Shown: piece by piece, positions 23,224-34,900 of the stretch
Layout of the letters: each line of letters begins with the position of its first letter
Numbering within the stretch: position 1 is the first letter of the stretch
Assembly: GCF_004010195.1 (NCBI RefSeq)
Contig: NC_057737.1
Coordinates: forward strand, 29,994,875 to 30,058,874
Direction of reading: 5' to 3'
Source of the DNA: Chiloscyllium plagiosum
Lineage: Eukaryota
DNA length: 64,000 nt
Notes under the pieces: model-generated
The model's database searches: none
What the model was told of the DNA's origin: nothing
The model's input: only the letters and a program-made list of their open reading frames with translations
Program-made: the position numbers and the translations under genes

Positions 23224-24104
23224 ATCTTAGGCATAGTACAGAACTTCTCATCTGGTATATTTTTCTGTTTAATTTGGAAAAGTTGCTGGAGGTAAAAGCC
23301 AATTAAAAATATTCCAAATGAGCATTGCTATTCTTGTACTATTATCCAAATTCTTTGACAGAGTCATTTTACATTGCAAAATTGATTCATTTGAATTCCA
23401 TTCTAGCTCTGCAGGGATAAAAATGTGTGAGAGCAGCAGAGCTAAAGGAATTGTATTGGAGCATTTCTTTAAACATTTAAAACATTTTAGGGGCCTTCTA
23501 TATGCTGATCAGTTCTGTACAGTTTGTGAAATGAAAAGGTGTGTTTTTGTACAATGCTAAGAAATACAGTAGACAGTGATTTTAAAAAAAAGAAACTTTT
23601 CTTTCTGTTTCCTTGCTGCAAAAGTACTTTAAAATATTAACAGCAGCAGGAGTATTCAAGAATGTTATCTTCAGTTATAAAGAACTGTGGTTCCAAAGAA
23701 CATTCCTTGGAGTACGGTCTGCAATTCTTTCTCAGCAGGTGTGACTGAAATTTTGTGGTCCCACGTTAGCAAGTTNNNNNNNNNNNNNNNNNNNNNNNNN
23801 NNNNNNNNNNNNNNNNNNNNNNNNNNNNNNNNNNNNNNNNNNNNNNNNNNNNNNNNNNNNNNNNNNNNNNNNNNNNNNNNNNNNNNNNNNNNNNNNNNNN
23901 NNNNAGTGGAGACACGGCTTATTGAGGTGCTTATATGGCCAAACACTAATCATTCTTAGTTTCGTCATCTTGCCCACACTTCTATTTTATCTCCTAGAGG
24001 AGGAGGCCCAGTCAAACGGATACTTAAGCAGGTTTCACTGTGTGGTTGGTATGCAGCAAGTAATGGGAGGCTCTCTATTTGGGGGGAATCCCCCATGGTC
24101 CTAA

Positions 24105-24237
24105 ACTCAGATGAAGAGTAATCTAGACATGAAACGTTAGCTTACTCTCTCTCCCTCGATGCTGCCTGATCCATTGCGATTTTCAGCATTTTTTTGCATT
24201 CAGTACAGATTCCAGCATCTGTAGTGATTTGCTCCCC
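24105..24237 (+). mobile_element. PLE terminal-repeat remnant (another family)
   Basis: CAGATGAAGAGT..GAAACGTTA..GATGCTGCCTGA..TTCCAGCATCTGTAG has the same layout as the family A right arm. Confidence 0.55.
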
Positions 24238-24874
24238 TATGATCATACTCACTCCCCTTTCCCCTCACCTCACCCCACCCGCTAGGCTGGCCCCTCTGAT
24301 TCCTTGCACTTACTTTCAGTCCAGCCTCTATTAACTCCTTTTCTTCCAGTCATCCCATCATTGCCTATTACTCAAACCTGGTACTGCTGAGACTACAGAA
24401 CCCCTGGCCAGTCAGCTACTTGGCTGCTCTCTGAGGGGGATCTTTTTCCCCATATGATGGCAAAAGTCTTGCCCTCAGCCAATCAACTACTGCCAAACAT
24501 TAAATGACTGCAGGGCATCTGGTATGGGTGGAAATGCATTTGGCACCAAATCTCTGGGTGGAGAATCCCACCTTCCACGAAGATCCTGTTCTTTGAAAGT
24601 ACTGTTTTTCCAAGGACCATCTGCCCACTCTCATTAACAATAAAGTCTCTATTGCAATATTCAAAACTAGCAAAATTTTCTTCACAAAAGAAAACCAATG
24701 CCATGAAAATAGATGTATTGTGTATCTGATTGATTTTTGTGGAATCTTGTGCAAAATTGGCAGCTACTTTGTTCCTACTTCACAGCACGATTGTTGTGTC
24801 ACAATTTGGGATATCACAGGAACAGAAAGGTGCGACATAGATGTTATGTAAATCTTGTTTGTTTTTATATTCTT

Positions 24875-25492
24875 TCACAAGATGTGGACATTGCTAACCA
24901 GACCAGCATTTGTTGTCCATTTGTCAATGCCTTTGTGAATGTGGCTTTGAGCTGCCGCCTTAATCTGTTGCAGTCTATTGATGGTAGTTCCACCCTTCAG
25001 TGCTATTAGAAAAGAAGTTTCAGAATTTTGACCCAATGGCAGTGAAGGAATAGTGACTTAGTTCCATGTCAAGGTGATGTATGGCTTGGAAGGGAACTTG
25101 AGGTGATTCCTGTGTACTTACTACTGCCCTCTTTTTTTCAGTGTGGTAGGGATTGTGGGTTTGGAAAGTTTTGTTGAAGCAGGCTGGCTGAGTTGTTGTG
25201 GTGCATCTTGTAGATAGTACACACTGCTACCATTGTGCATTAATGACAGACAGAGTGAATGTTAATGGAGATGGATTAGGTCCCAATCAAATGGGCTACT
25301 TTGATCTGGATTCTGTAAAGTTTTGGAGTGTTATTGGAGATGTTCTCATCCAGACAAGTGGAGAGAATTCCATCACACTCCAAAGTTGCACCTTGTAGAT
25401 GGTGGACAGGCTTTGGGGAGTCAGGAGGTGAGTTACTCGTTGCACAATTCCCAGCCTCTGATCATCTCATACAACCACAGTATTTATATGGT
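24875..25492 (-). mobile_element. LINE 3' end (second CR1/L2-type family)
   Basis: Reverse complement of the 3' tail seen at 34178-34300 and 49300-49565, extending into ORF-like sequence (GGGGAGTCAGGAGGTGAGTTACTC). Confidence 0.65.
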
Positions 25493-26857
25493 TGAACAGC
25501 AAAAGAATATAGAAACTTTTATGTTTTATTTTCCACTTTACCCAAAAGAAAGATACTAAACCTATTCATTGTGATCTTTCAGCATCCAGCTAAAGCTGGT
25601 CAAATTTGAGAATACTCTTGTCCAGTTATTTCATACCCAACCAAATGTTGCAAGAAGACAAAACTCCTGTTTTTCATTTTTGGTTCACCTTCCCAGTGAG
25701 CACTGGCTTTACAACTTGGGGAGGCTACCTTGTTACTTAATTGGAAACCTAAAAGTAAGTCATTTAAAGCAATAATTTAAAACAGAAACATCTAGTTCTT
25801 GGGCGTACCTGCCTGTGTACAATTCTGTCCTTTACTTTCCTCACACTGGGCCTGTGATGTTGTTCCAAGTGCAGTATTTGCAGCTTTTGGGAAGTTCACC
25901 GGTTGACATGAGGCTTGTCATTGGCCTCCTCCTCTCCATTGTATCTCTCACTCCCTTCAGTCCTGGCATAGTTTTAAACTGCTGAAGATTTTATTTGTTA
26001 GGCAGAATTTTGTGTAAGGCTACTTCAGCTTAAATTTCATCCTTTAAAACTGTAGATCAGTGTGGTTCCATTAAAAGAAACTCTTATAGTCTTAAGCACA
26101 ACAGGCATTTTATATATTCAGCTGGGGTTTATTAGAGATTGGAATCCGCCACCCACTCCACCATTTCCTTTAAGCCTTGCACTGGTTTATTTGACTCTAC
26201 TCCTGTGTACTAGAACTTGTGCCATATTTACTGGTGTTTTCAATTGAAAAGAAACCTTCTTTTCATATCTGAAAGTGACATATTATTTTACAAGTCTCAC
26301 TAGGGAAATACAAATCGACAACAAAATAAACTGATACATTAAGCTGCAGCACTGTAAAAATACTTACTCAGTAAGGCAAAACTATACTATAGTTTCTTTC
26401 TTGCAGTCAGGGATTCAAAGTAGATCTTGTAATTAAGACACAAAATTATATATTTACAGGGTTTAAAGAAATTGTACTATATTTTTACTGTGTAATTGGT
26501 TGGAGTACTTTAGTAGAGGATCCTCTTTATCCTTTATGTAGATAAAATGTTTCACATGTAATTGATCCTTCATTGCTGCTGTTGTCATCTGGGCTCACCT
26601 TCAAGGAAATGGTGGTTATTGTCAAAAATTATATAAAGATTCTCCTTGTTTCTTTTGGATAAAATGCCTTACCTTATTGCCACACCAGGGCTTACTTCTT
26701 CCAGGTAGCTTTGGTGACGTGGCTGTCTGGAGTAGTCATCTTAATTTTAACCAGTTCATATTAACTTTGAATCTGACTGACCTTGAAAATAAATCTGACA
26801 AATGATGAAGGCTGCTGACAGGTAAAGGCAATGCAATTGATTGAGGCAAGGCAACAG

Positions 26858-27183
26858 CCGAGTGGTACTATTGCTGGACTGTTAATCCAGCGACCCAACT
26901 AATGTCCTGGGGACCCAGGTTTAAATCACACCATGGCAGATGGTGGAATTTGAATTTCTAAAAACATTTGGCATTAAGCGTCTAATGATGACCACATTGT
27001 TGATTGTCTGGAAAAGCCCATCTGGAACACAAAAGTCCTTTATGGAAGGAAACTTTCATCCTTACCTGGTCTGGCCTACATATATCTCCAGCCCCAAAGC
27101 ACTGTGGTTGACTCTTCACTTTCTCTGGACATTTAGGGATGGGAATAAAGGTAAGCCTAGCCAGCAACACCCTCATCCCATGA
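26858..27183 (+). mobile_element. tRNA-derived SINE with a LINE-type 3' tail
   Basis: Head AGTGGTACTATTGCTGGAC..GGTTTAAATC (A/B-box-like), body CATCCTTACCTGGTCTGGCCTACA and tail TTAGGGATGGG.AATAAA..CATCCCATGAA. Related copies lie at 38516-39095 and 54455-54720. Confidence 0.75.
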
Positions 27184-27185
27184 AA

Positions 27186-28530
27186 TTGGGGGACATACTA
27201 AATGAATATTTTGCTTCAGTATTTACTGTGGAAAAGGATATGGAAGATATAGACTGTAGGGAAATAGATGGTGACATCTTGCAAAATGTCCAGATTACAG
27301 AGGAGGAAATGCTGGATGTCTTGAAACAGTTAAAGGTGGATACATCCCCAGGACCTGATCAGGTGTACCCGAGAGCTTTGTGGGAAGCTAGAGAAGTGAT
27401 TGCTCAGCCTCTTGCTGGGATATTTGTATCATCAATAGTCACAGGTAAGGTGCTGGAAGACTGGAGGTTGGCAAACGTGGTGCCACTGTTTAAGAAGGGC
27501 GGTAAAGACAAGCCAGGGAACTACAGACCGGTGAGCCTGACCTCAGTGGTGGGCAAGTTGTTGGAGGGAATCCTGACAGACATGATGTACATGTATTTGG
27601 AATGGCAAGGACTGATTAGGGATAGTCAACATGGCTTTGTGCGTGGGAAATCATATCTCACAAACTTAATTGAGTTTTTTGAAGAGGTAACAAAGAGGAT
27701 TGATGAGGGCAGAGCCATAGATGTTGTCTATATGGACTTCAGTAAGGCGTTTGACAAGGTTCCCCATGGGAGACTGATTAGCAAGGTTCGATCTCATGGA
27801 ATACAGGGAGAACTAGCCATTTGTATACAGAACTGGCTCAAAGGTAGAAGACAGAGGGTGGAGGGTTGCTTTTCAGACTGGAGGCCTGTGACCAGTGGAG
27901 TGCCACAAGGATCCTCGTATGTTTTCCTTTATTGGTCAGAGTATTGAGTACAGGAGTTGGGAGGTCATGTTGCGGCTGTACAGGACATTGTGTGCAATTC
28001 TGGTCTCCTTTCCTATTGGAAAGATGTTGTGATACTTGAAAGGGTTCAGAAACTATTTACAAGGATATTGCCAGGGTTGGAGGATTTGAGCTATAGGGTG
28101 AGGCTGAACAGGCTGGGGCTGTTTTCCATGGAGTATCGGAGGCTGAGGGGTGACCTTATAGAGGTTTGCAAAATTATGAGGGGCATGGATAGGATAAATC
28201 GACAAAGTCTTTTCCCTGGGGTCGGGGAATTCAGTACTAGAGGGCACAGGTTTAAGGTGAGAGGGGAAAGATATAAAAGAGACCTAAGGGGCAACTTTTT
28301 CACGCAGAGGGTGGTACGTGTATGGAATTAGCTGCCAGAGGATGTGGTGGAGGCTGGTACAATTGCAACATTTAAGAGGCATTTGGATGGGTATATGAAT
28401 AGGAAGGATTTGGAGGGATATGGGTCGGGTGCTGGCACATGGGACTAGATTGGGTTGGGATATCTGGTCGGCGTGGACAGGTTGGACCGAAGGGTCTGTT
28501 TCCATGCTGTACATCTCTATGACTCTATGA
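27186..28530 (+). mobile_element. CR1 LINE (HER1-like), 5'-truncated, with an internal deletion removing the FADD motif
   Basis: [59 protein letters not shown], then a jump to the C-terminal region (RLRGDLIEV..FFTQRVV). Tail CTCTATGACTCTATGA. Confidence 0.95.
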
Positions 28531-29849
28531 ATGAATAAAAAAAACTTGAGCATGCAGGGAACCCATCCCTTTGAATGGTTATCTGAGAGGAGATTCTGTA
28601 CATATGGGTTCACTTTATTAATACAGATATAGGTGTAAATATCTTTCAGGAGAACATTGAGTTTAGTTTGATATAATAGCAAATGGATAAAATCACTGGG
28701 TGGTGTAATACTGAAGGTTTCCAGTTAATTTAATTTTCTATGTATGTGTACTTCAGTCAGGTAGCAATAGAGGTTTTGCACTTCAGTTAACAATCCTTTG
28801 GCTCGCTAAGGGGTGCTGAAGCATTCTGATCAATGTCTAATGATGTTAGAATTTTATATTTGAATGGTGCAAGATGGGAAGATCAGGCATGGATGTGTTG
28901 CTCCCTCCCTGTTCAATAATCTTGTTAATACATCTCTTGCAGCTCATACTGTATAGAACAATTGGTAATCATTTGGATAAGAAACTGATGGTTGTATACA
29001 TCTGTGGTTGGAACCTTGTTGCGATGTTGGATTTCTCACTTTCCGGCTTGTTAACCAGTGAGCAGCCTGCACTGCCTCTTTTTGGGAAGGCCTATGTCTG
29101 TGGTATGGTCAGCACTGTGCCTTCTGCTGGAACCTCGACTATGGGCGACTGACATCTCACCTACCAAGAGCTGCTGGCCAATAGAGCCAATCGGCTTTTG
29201 AACTTAGCAGTGCTGAGGTAAGGCATGAATCAGGCAAGCCCCAACTCATACCCTACCACAGGTTGATAAGCTGGCCTATGATTGTGATGCATACCACACA
29301 GCAACAGGCTTGCCTACATTTGAGTTTAATCCTTGGCAGAATGAGTTGGCCAACAATAAACTGGTTACTAATTGGCCATTTAAGGGCTGCCCATTCCCAC
29401 ATGCCCTTTATTGACACACCTCCCTCCCTGCCTGCTGCACACTATCCTGCTGCTTCCAGCCAAGCAAAAAAGTCGGCAAGTGTCTGATGGTCAGAATGTC
29501 GTGTGATCAGAATTCTAGGAATGTTTTTTTGCAGAAACCCCAAGTTTGGATTTCACTTTTGAACAATTTCAAAATCACTTACGAAACTAAATCCTTCCAG
29601 CCATCAAAATAACCAAACGAATTGGACTCCAGAATCGTCACACCAGAAATCACCCTTTTTTCCCCCTTTGGCATTTTCATCGTGTGAGACCCATTTTCAG
29701 AAATATTTCACACAGTTCTGTACTTAAATTGTTATTTGCATTCATCTTGTAGCTCCTATTTTATTTCAGTATTCCATAAAGTATACATTTTCATTGCTCC
29801 GCGACACAGTCAAAGACAAATAAGAATTGCGAAACTCTCCACATTGCCT

Positions 29850-30110
29850 CAATCTGATTGGGTGGCCCACTGCACTGAAGAGTGTGAGGCAGAAGCAATC
29901 CATGAAATACAAATTTACTACGCTGTTAGATTGCAGTGCATGTGAAACCTTCCTTTTCTTTAAACACAGCTTTCCATCCATTCTGCCCACCCCTTTTGTC
30001 TGAGCTGATTGGCTGTAGACATAGCAGTCATCCCCACCCTTTACCCCCTTCCTCCCAGCCCCTTCCCCTGCCCAGTCAGCACACCCCCCCCCCCCCCCCC
30101 CGACTGTGTC
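29850..30110 (+). promoter_or_regulatory. Candidate promoter: two reverse CCAAT boxes and a C-rich tract
   Basis: CTGATTGG with ATTGG at 29857-29861, CTGATTGGCT (NF-Y consensus) with ATTGG at 30008-30012, and C-runs at 30030-30101 including C18. It starts a TE-free, CpG-retaining stretch. Confidence 0.4.
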
Positions 30111-30863
30111 ATCTGTTAATTCTTTGTTATCCCACAAATTATTTTGGAGTGAGATCACCGTCTCTGCGTTTGATGGATCTGGTCTAGGCGCTGAAAAGCT
30201 CCAGTCTTCTGTGATCTGTGGCAGTGTAAATTAGCTCCAACCAGATTTAGAGTCTTAGTGCAGAACAGGATTTGAGCGCGAGTGCTGTGAGGATGAGCAG
30301 TTGTAGTTTCAGAGCAGCTTATCATGGGAATTAGGTGTATCCGTGGAGAGGGAGAGAGTAGACTATTACGAGGCGACCTTTTGTTGGCTTAAATTTGACT
30401 TGCTGTTGTTATCAGGGAGTGCAATAACAAGCGTTACCATCTGTGTGGCTGGGGATTACTGGGGAAATTTCTCATGCTGGAGAGGAACCGCTGTGTGGAA
30501 GAAGGAGCCAGGCTGCCTACAGAGGCTCTCTAATGCCTGCTTGCAGTTTGAATCCAGTTGTCTCCACGATTCACTCGCGAAGGCTCTTATTTACCAAAGA
30601 GGATTTTTTCTGTTGTTGCCGGTGTGTCTGCCTCGCTTGCTCTTCTTCACTAGTCTCACTCCAGATCATTGGCATAGCTGGCTGACCACTGGGGGAGGAA
30701 AACAAAAAGACAAACTGTCACTTCTGACAGTCGGGGGAGATTCTGGCAACCCTGTTCGTGTCTGGATTTTTTAAATTTAAAATCTATGTCTGTAGCCTGT
30801 CAGTTCGATCGAGATCTTGGGATATAAACTGGGACCTGAGAAATTCAGTGCTCTTTTTCAGTG
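30110..30863 (+). other. Candidate non-coding first exon (5' UTR) of an unidentified gene; 5' boundary approximate
   Basis: Unique, GC/CpG-richer sequence downstream of the CCAAT boxes. It ends at a consensus donor GTG|GTAAGT (intron GT at 30864-30865). No convincing ORF. Confidence 0.35.
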
Positions 30864-33800
30864 GTAAGTCAGACTTCCTCCTAAAATCAGTGTTTTCTTT
30901 TAACAAGCATGTAAACCCTGAAAGAAAAAGCGTGCCCAGCCGTTCTCCGTAAATCCAGCTCTCTCTGATTTGTTGTCAGGACCATGTCCGGTGTTGTTGC
31001 AGCTAAAGGCATCGATCAAAGGCGTGGGGTGCGCTGTGCCTGAGGAATAACTGTTCATATTAGTGAGAAAAGGTTACAGCACTTCTCAGAAATACCCAAC
31101 CTCTGAATGTAGACTGTTTCTACTACAGGGATGTTGCTTTTCAGAGTTTCTTCAATTGCAGTGAATTTACCAAAAAGAATGAATGCTTGCTTGTAACATT
31201 GACAGGAAAGTCCATTTCAAAAAGCTTATTACAACCATAACCTTCTTTGACTGAATAACACCAATATATTATCAGTACTGAGTTGTTGCTGTCTACTGAG
31301 AACGTTATTGAAAATAAATTGAATAGATTTTGCATATGATTTGTAGCAGTGAATTAATTCTATTGAATGATAACCTTCATTTTGAACAAATGAAGCTACA
31401 TTTTTTTTCTGACCAAATAAAATTGTTCCTCAGTTTTGGGTTCTAACATGCAGCACTTCTGGCAACAGCGGTGTCATGAGTGTCAAGAGAATGACTTTAT
31501 GGGCAAAAATTACAACCTGACAACTAATAATTCATCATTTTGACAATGGATTGGAAAGTACATTGAAGAAATTCCTTAAAGCTTTAATCACAGCCCTCGC
31601 TAATCACACTGTGACTCTTCCTATACAGGCTGTTCAAATGGAGAGGAAAAAATTGTTTGTAATAAAGATAGAGTTTAAAAGATTTACTATATGGCGGTCA
31701 GGGTTAAGCAGCCAGTACAGCGGTACTTCATCATGCAAGAGGCATTGGAGATTATCTGCTCTGCTTGGATGCATTATCATAAAAAGTGATTTAAAGCTGA
31801 TTGATGCAAATGGTTCTCAGTTCTTTTTTTATCATTAATGGGCTCTTTCAGTGGCCAGAGGCAGTGATTAAGGCTGTCATTTAGGGCAGCTCATTAAAGA
31901 CAAGCATGGAGCAGTTGGGGGGAGTGCACTGTCTTCAGCTCTGCTGGTCTAAAGATGAAACCCCCCTCCCCTCACCTACCCCCACCACCACCAGCACCTC
32001 ATGCTTTGCTATGGGATTAGCATCTGCCAAACAAATTGCAGTATGTTTGATGTTTTAAGATTGACATGCTGGACCTGATCTGATTTTAATGGAGGAGCTC
32101 TGAAGAGTCCCTTGGCTTCCCTGCTGAGCTCAGTCTTGTGGAAGTGTGAAACTGCAGCACTGCTGAAGGACATTGCTGATTTGAATCAGTTTTTAATTTT
32201 TAATACCTTCTTCCTTTTGTGCATGTGGAAGGGAGTGGTGGATAGGGGACCTGAAGAAGCCTTAACTGTGGACTTCAACCAGAAAGTCTGTGATATGCTC
32301 ACTGGTAATCTCTTCCAGCATTAACCCTGTTTCTCTGATCTATTGTATTTTTTTTAACTGAACCATACATTTTTATTAAATGAAAGACTTTTTACTACAC
32401 ACGCTGATATATGCGAATTGCGAGCATTACATTTACATACAATAAATGTCGTAATTCTATAATGCCAAAAGGAAAAATTAGAGGATTTATGATAAGTCCT
32501 TTGGTTAAGATATTTCTGTAAACATCCTGAAATTCAGCATTATTGAATATCAGATTTTAGGCTGTATTTTATTAAGATTATACCTGCTAAATGAACAAAT
32601 TAAGAAATGTACATGGTTCACAAGCCTGGAATGAATAGACATCCATTTCTGCAGACTGTGTTGATATTAATCATTGAAACATAGACTCATGGCACAGTCA
32701 AGCATATAGAAGCTGAGCTGTGGGTTTATTTATTCAGGTATTTGCACAGGCAGTATTCTGTGCCATTTCATCTACTAGCTCCTTTATAATACTGAATATT
32801 ATCAGTTTATCCTTACCAGCAGCTATCGGAGAGGAAACATTCAATATAGAATCCAGGCAATGAAAGAAATCTACTGGAAGATCTCAAACCTCAGTATAGA
32901 CAGCAAAGCTTGTGGAGTCTTTGAACTGGAAATAACAGTACTCTTCTGAGACCAATTTCATAAAAATTTGAAGCCTGTTTTTATTGGCCATTAAAGCAAC
33001 CTTTATTTTATAAGGGAATGTTGCAGTAATTGCTTTTTACGAAGAGTACTTTGTAACACACATGAGCACTTGAAAGAGGAGCCATTCTGATGCTGTCTAC
33101 CGGGACTCGATGGTGCAATTAATTTTGCTCCATCTGTTCTTGGGACTTTAAAGGAAAATGGATTTTTTTTTGTTGAGTGTATTTTAATGAAGAAGATAAA
33201 GCGTGGCATTGATGTCCCACAGGCTTGGTGCAGTAAGTTCAAATTATTGCTCAGTCTGTCAGGACGGGCTGCTTCCTCCAAGGCTGACATGACAGGCAGC
33301 TCGGGTCTGCCCATAGAGTACCACTCTTGGTGACAAACAGTGCTTGGCTTCTGGTAAGGCGCTATTAAAGTGTCAGTCTCAAATGACGGAGAGCCCAGGT
33401 GGGTCCCTGCCGGACACACAATACTTTCAGTTTGAGCTAATGCCTCACCATAGGACTTTATCATTGTTACACCAGCCTACAGATATTATTTTCACATCTT
33501 ATTATATATCGGGGACAGTCGGGGTAATACTGCTTAACAATCTGTTATACTCATGTGAAGTGGTTCAAAGAGCTTCATTGTTTTGAAGCTTTGTTCATTC
33601 AGCAATTCAAAGGCAATTCTTTAAACTACAATCATCCATGATGATATATAAAGGTTGTTTCAGTGACTGCACCAAATCATAGTGTGAGACTTGTACTTTA
33701 CTAATAATTTCCAAAGAGCTATTCAGTTTACCACATGCCACAGAAACATAGTTTCCCAATTCACTGTCATAGTAAATTATTGAACATCTTTCTATTGATG

Positions 33801-34177
33801 GCCCAGAAACTTGTGGTCATCCCAATTCCATACATATGATCTAAAACAGTTTAATAAGAGAATGACATTTTTAGCAAATCCACTAGAACTATCCAGAAGC
33901 ACAGTTAAATATTCTTTTTGAAACCATTGCAATATTTAATGAATTTAATTGTTGGCTTTAGTCTTAGTCTAATGCTTGTCTGTGTACTTATCAGCTGTTC
34001 AAATTTTCATAAAAGAGTGCACTTCATGAAAAAGCATTTTTTGTAATGAATATTAAGATTTTTTTAAAACGCACTTCACCAGTGAGGGATTTATGGATAC
34101 GTAATTCAGGTTGGTCTGTGAAAGGTTTTGCGTTTACATTCCTTACTGTATGAATTGGAGATTTTGGCTGAGCAAAG

Positions 34178-34300
34178 GGCCACACGGGCTGCAGCGGTTC
34201 AAGATGATGGCTTCCCACCAACTTCTCAAGGGCAGTTTGGGGGGGGGCAGTGAGTACTGGTCTTGTCTGTGACACCCATATCCTGTAAACAAATAAAAAG
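34178..34300 (+). mobile_element. LINE 3' tail fragment (second family)
   Basis: CTGCAGCGGTTCAAGA..CACCAACTTCTCAAGGGCA..ACCCATATCC..AATAAAAA. Confidence 0.6.
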
Positions 34301-34900
34301 AGCACTTTGCTCATATATTCTTAATGTAGTAATAGCTTGAAAATGTGGTATTTTGCTTTTCATTTGGCTCATGAATATATTCCAATAATTCAGTAAAATG
34401 TCCCCAATTAAATCTTTACCATGCTCTATTAAGTTGTCAGACAGGTTATGGTTTGAAGGTTAATTGGTAACCTGTTTACTTATTATATCTCAATTCTCCT
34501 TTACAAATATTTGCTGTCAAACTACTATAAGCAGTAATTTAAATTGACAAGCCAAACACTATAGTTTGTTGATTCTTCTTGAGTGTTGCTGGGACATGAT
34601 AGTGAATGAATGTGCTTAAATGGGTTGTAAGTGTTTTTCTTCTGGTTCATTTGTGCCTTTCAAGGTTCAAAGTTCAGCACCTTTGCAGTGCTGCTGATAT
34701 GTGAAACCATGATTTTTTTTCTTCAAAAATCTCACCCTCACGTGTATTATAAGAAAGTATTCCAAAATTCAGTACAATGACAGAATTACCTGATATAATG
34801 TATAATATTAAACTGTATTCACAAATAGGATTAATCTCAAGTTGCAATGTAGAGTTTTTAAACTTCATTTTTACCAGATTCCTGAGCCATGCATCAAATG

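Noticed and set aside
26940-27947. 335-aa ORF that could look like a novel RT fusion gene
   Set aside because: It is a chance read-through from a SINE into a 5'-truncated CR1. The RT lacks its FADD motif through an internal deletion.
30175-30195. RE1/NRSE-like motif near the candidate TSS (also at about 30976 and 34673)
   Set aside because: Only 14 of 19 informative positions match, with mismatches in the core GGACAG half-site.
30343-30774. 143-aa ORF in the candidate first exon
   Set aside because: GTG start and no recognisable homology. Expected by chance in GC-richer UTR sequence.
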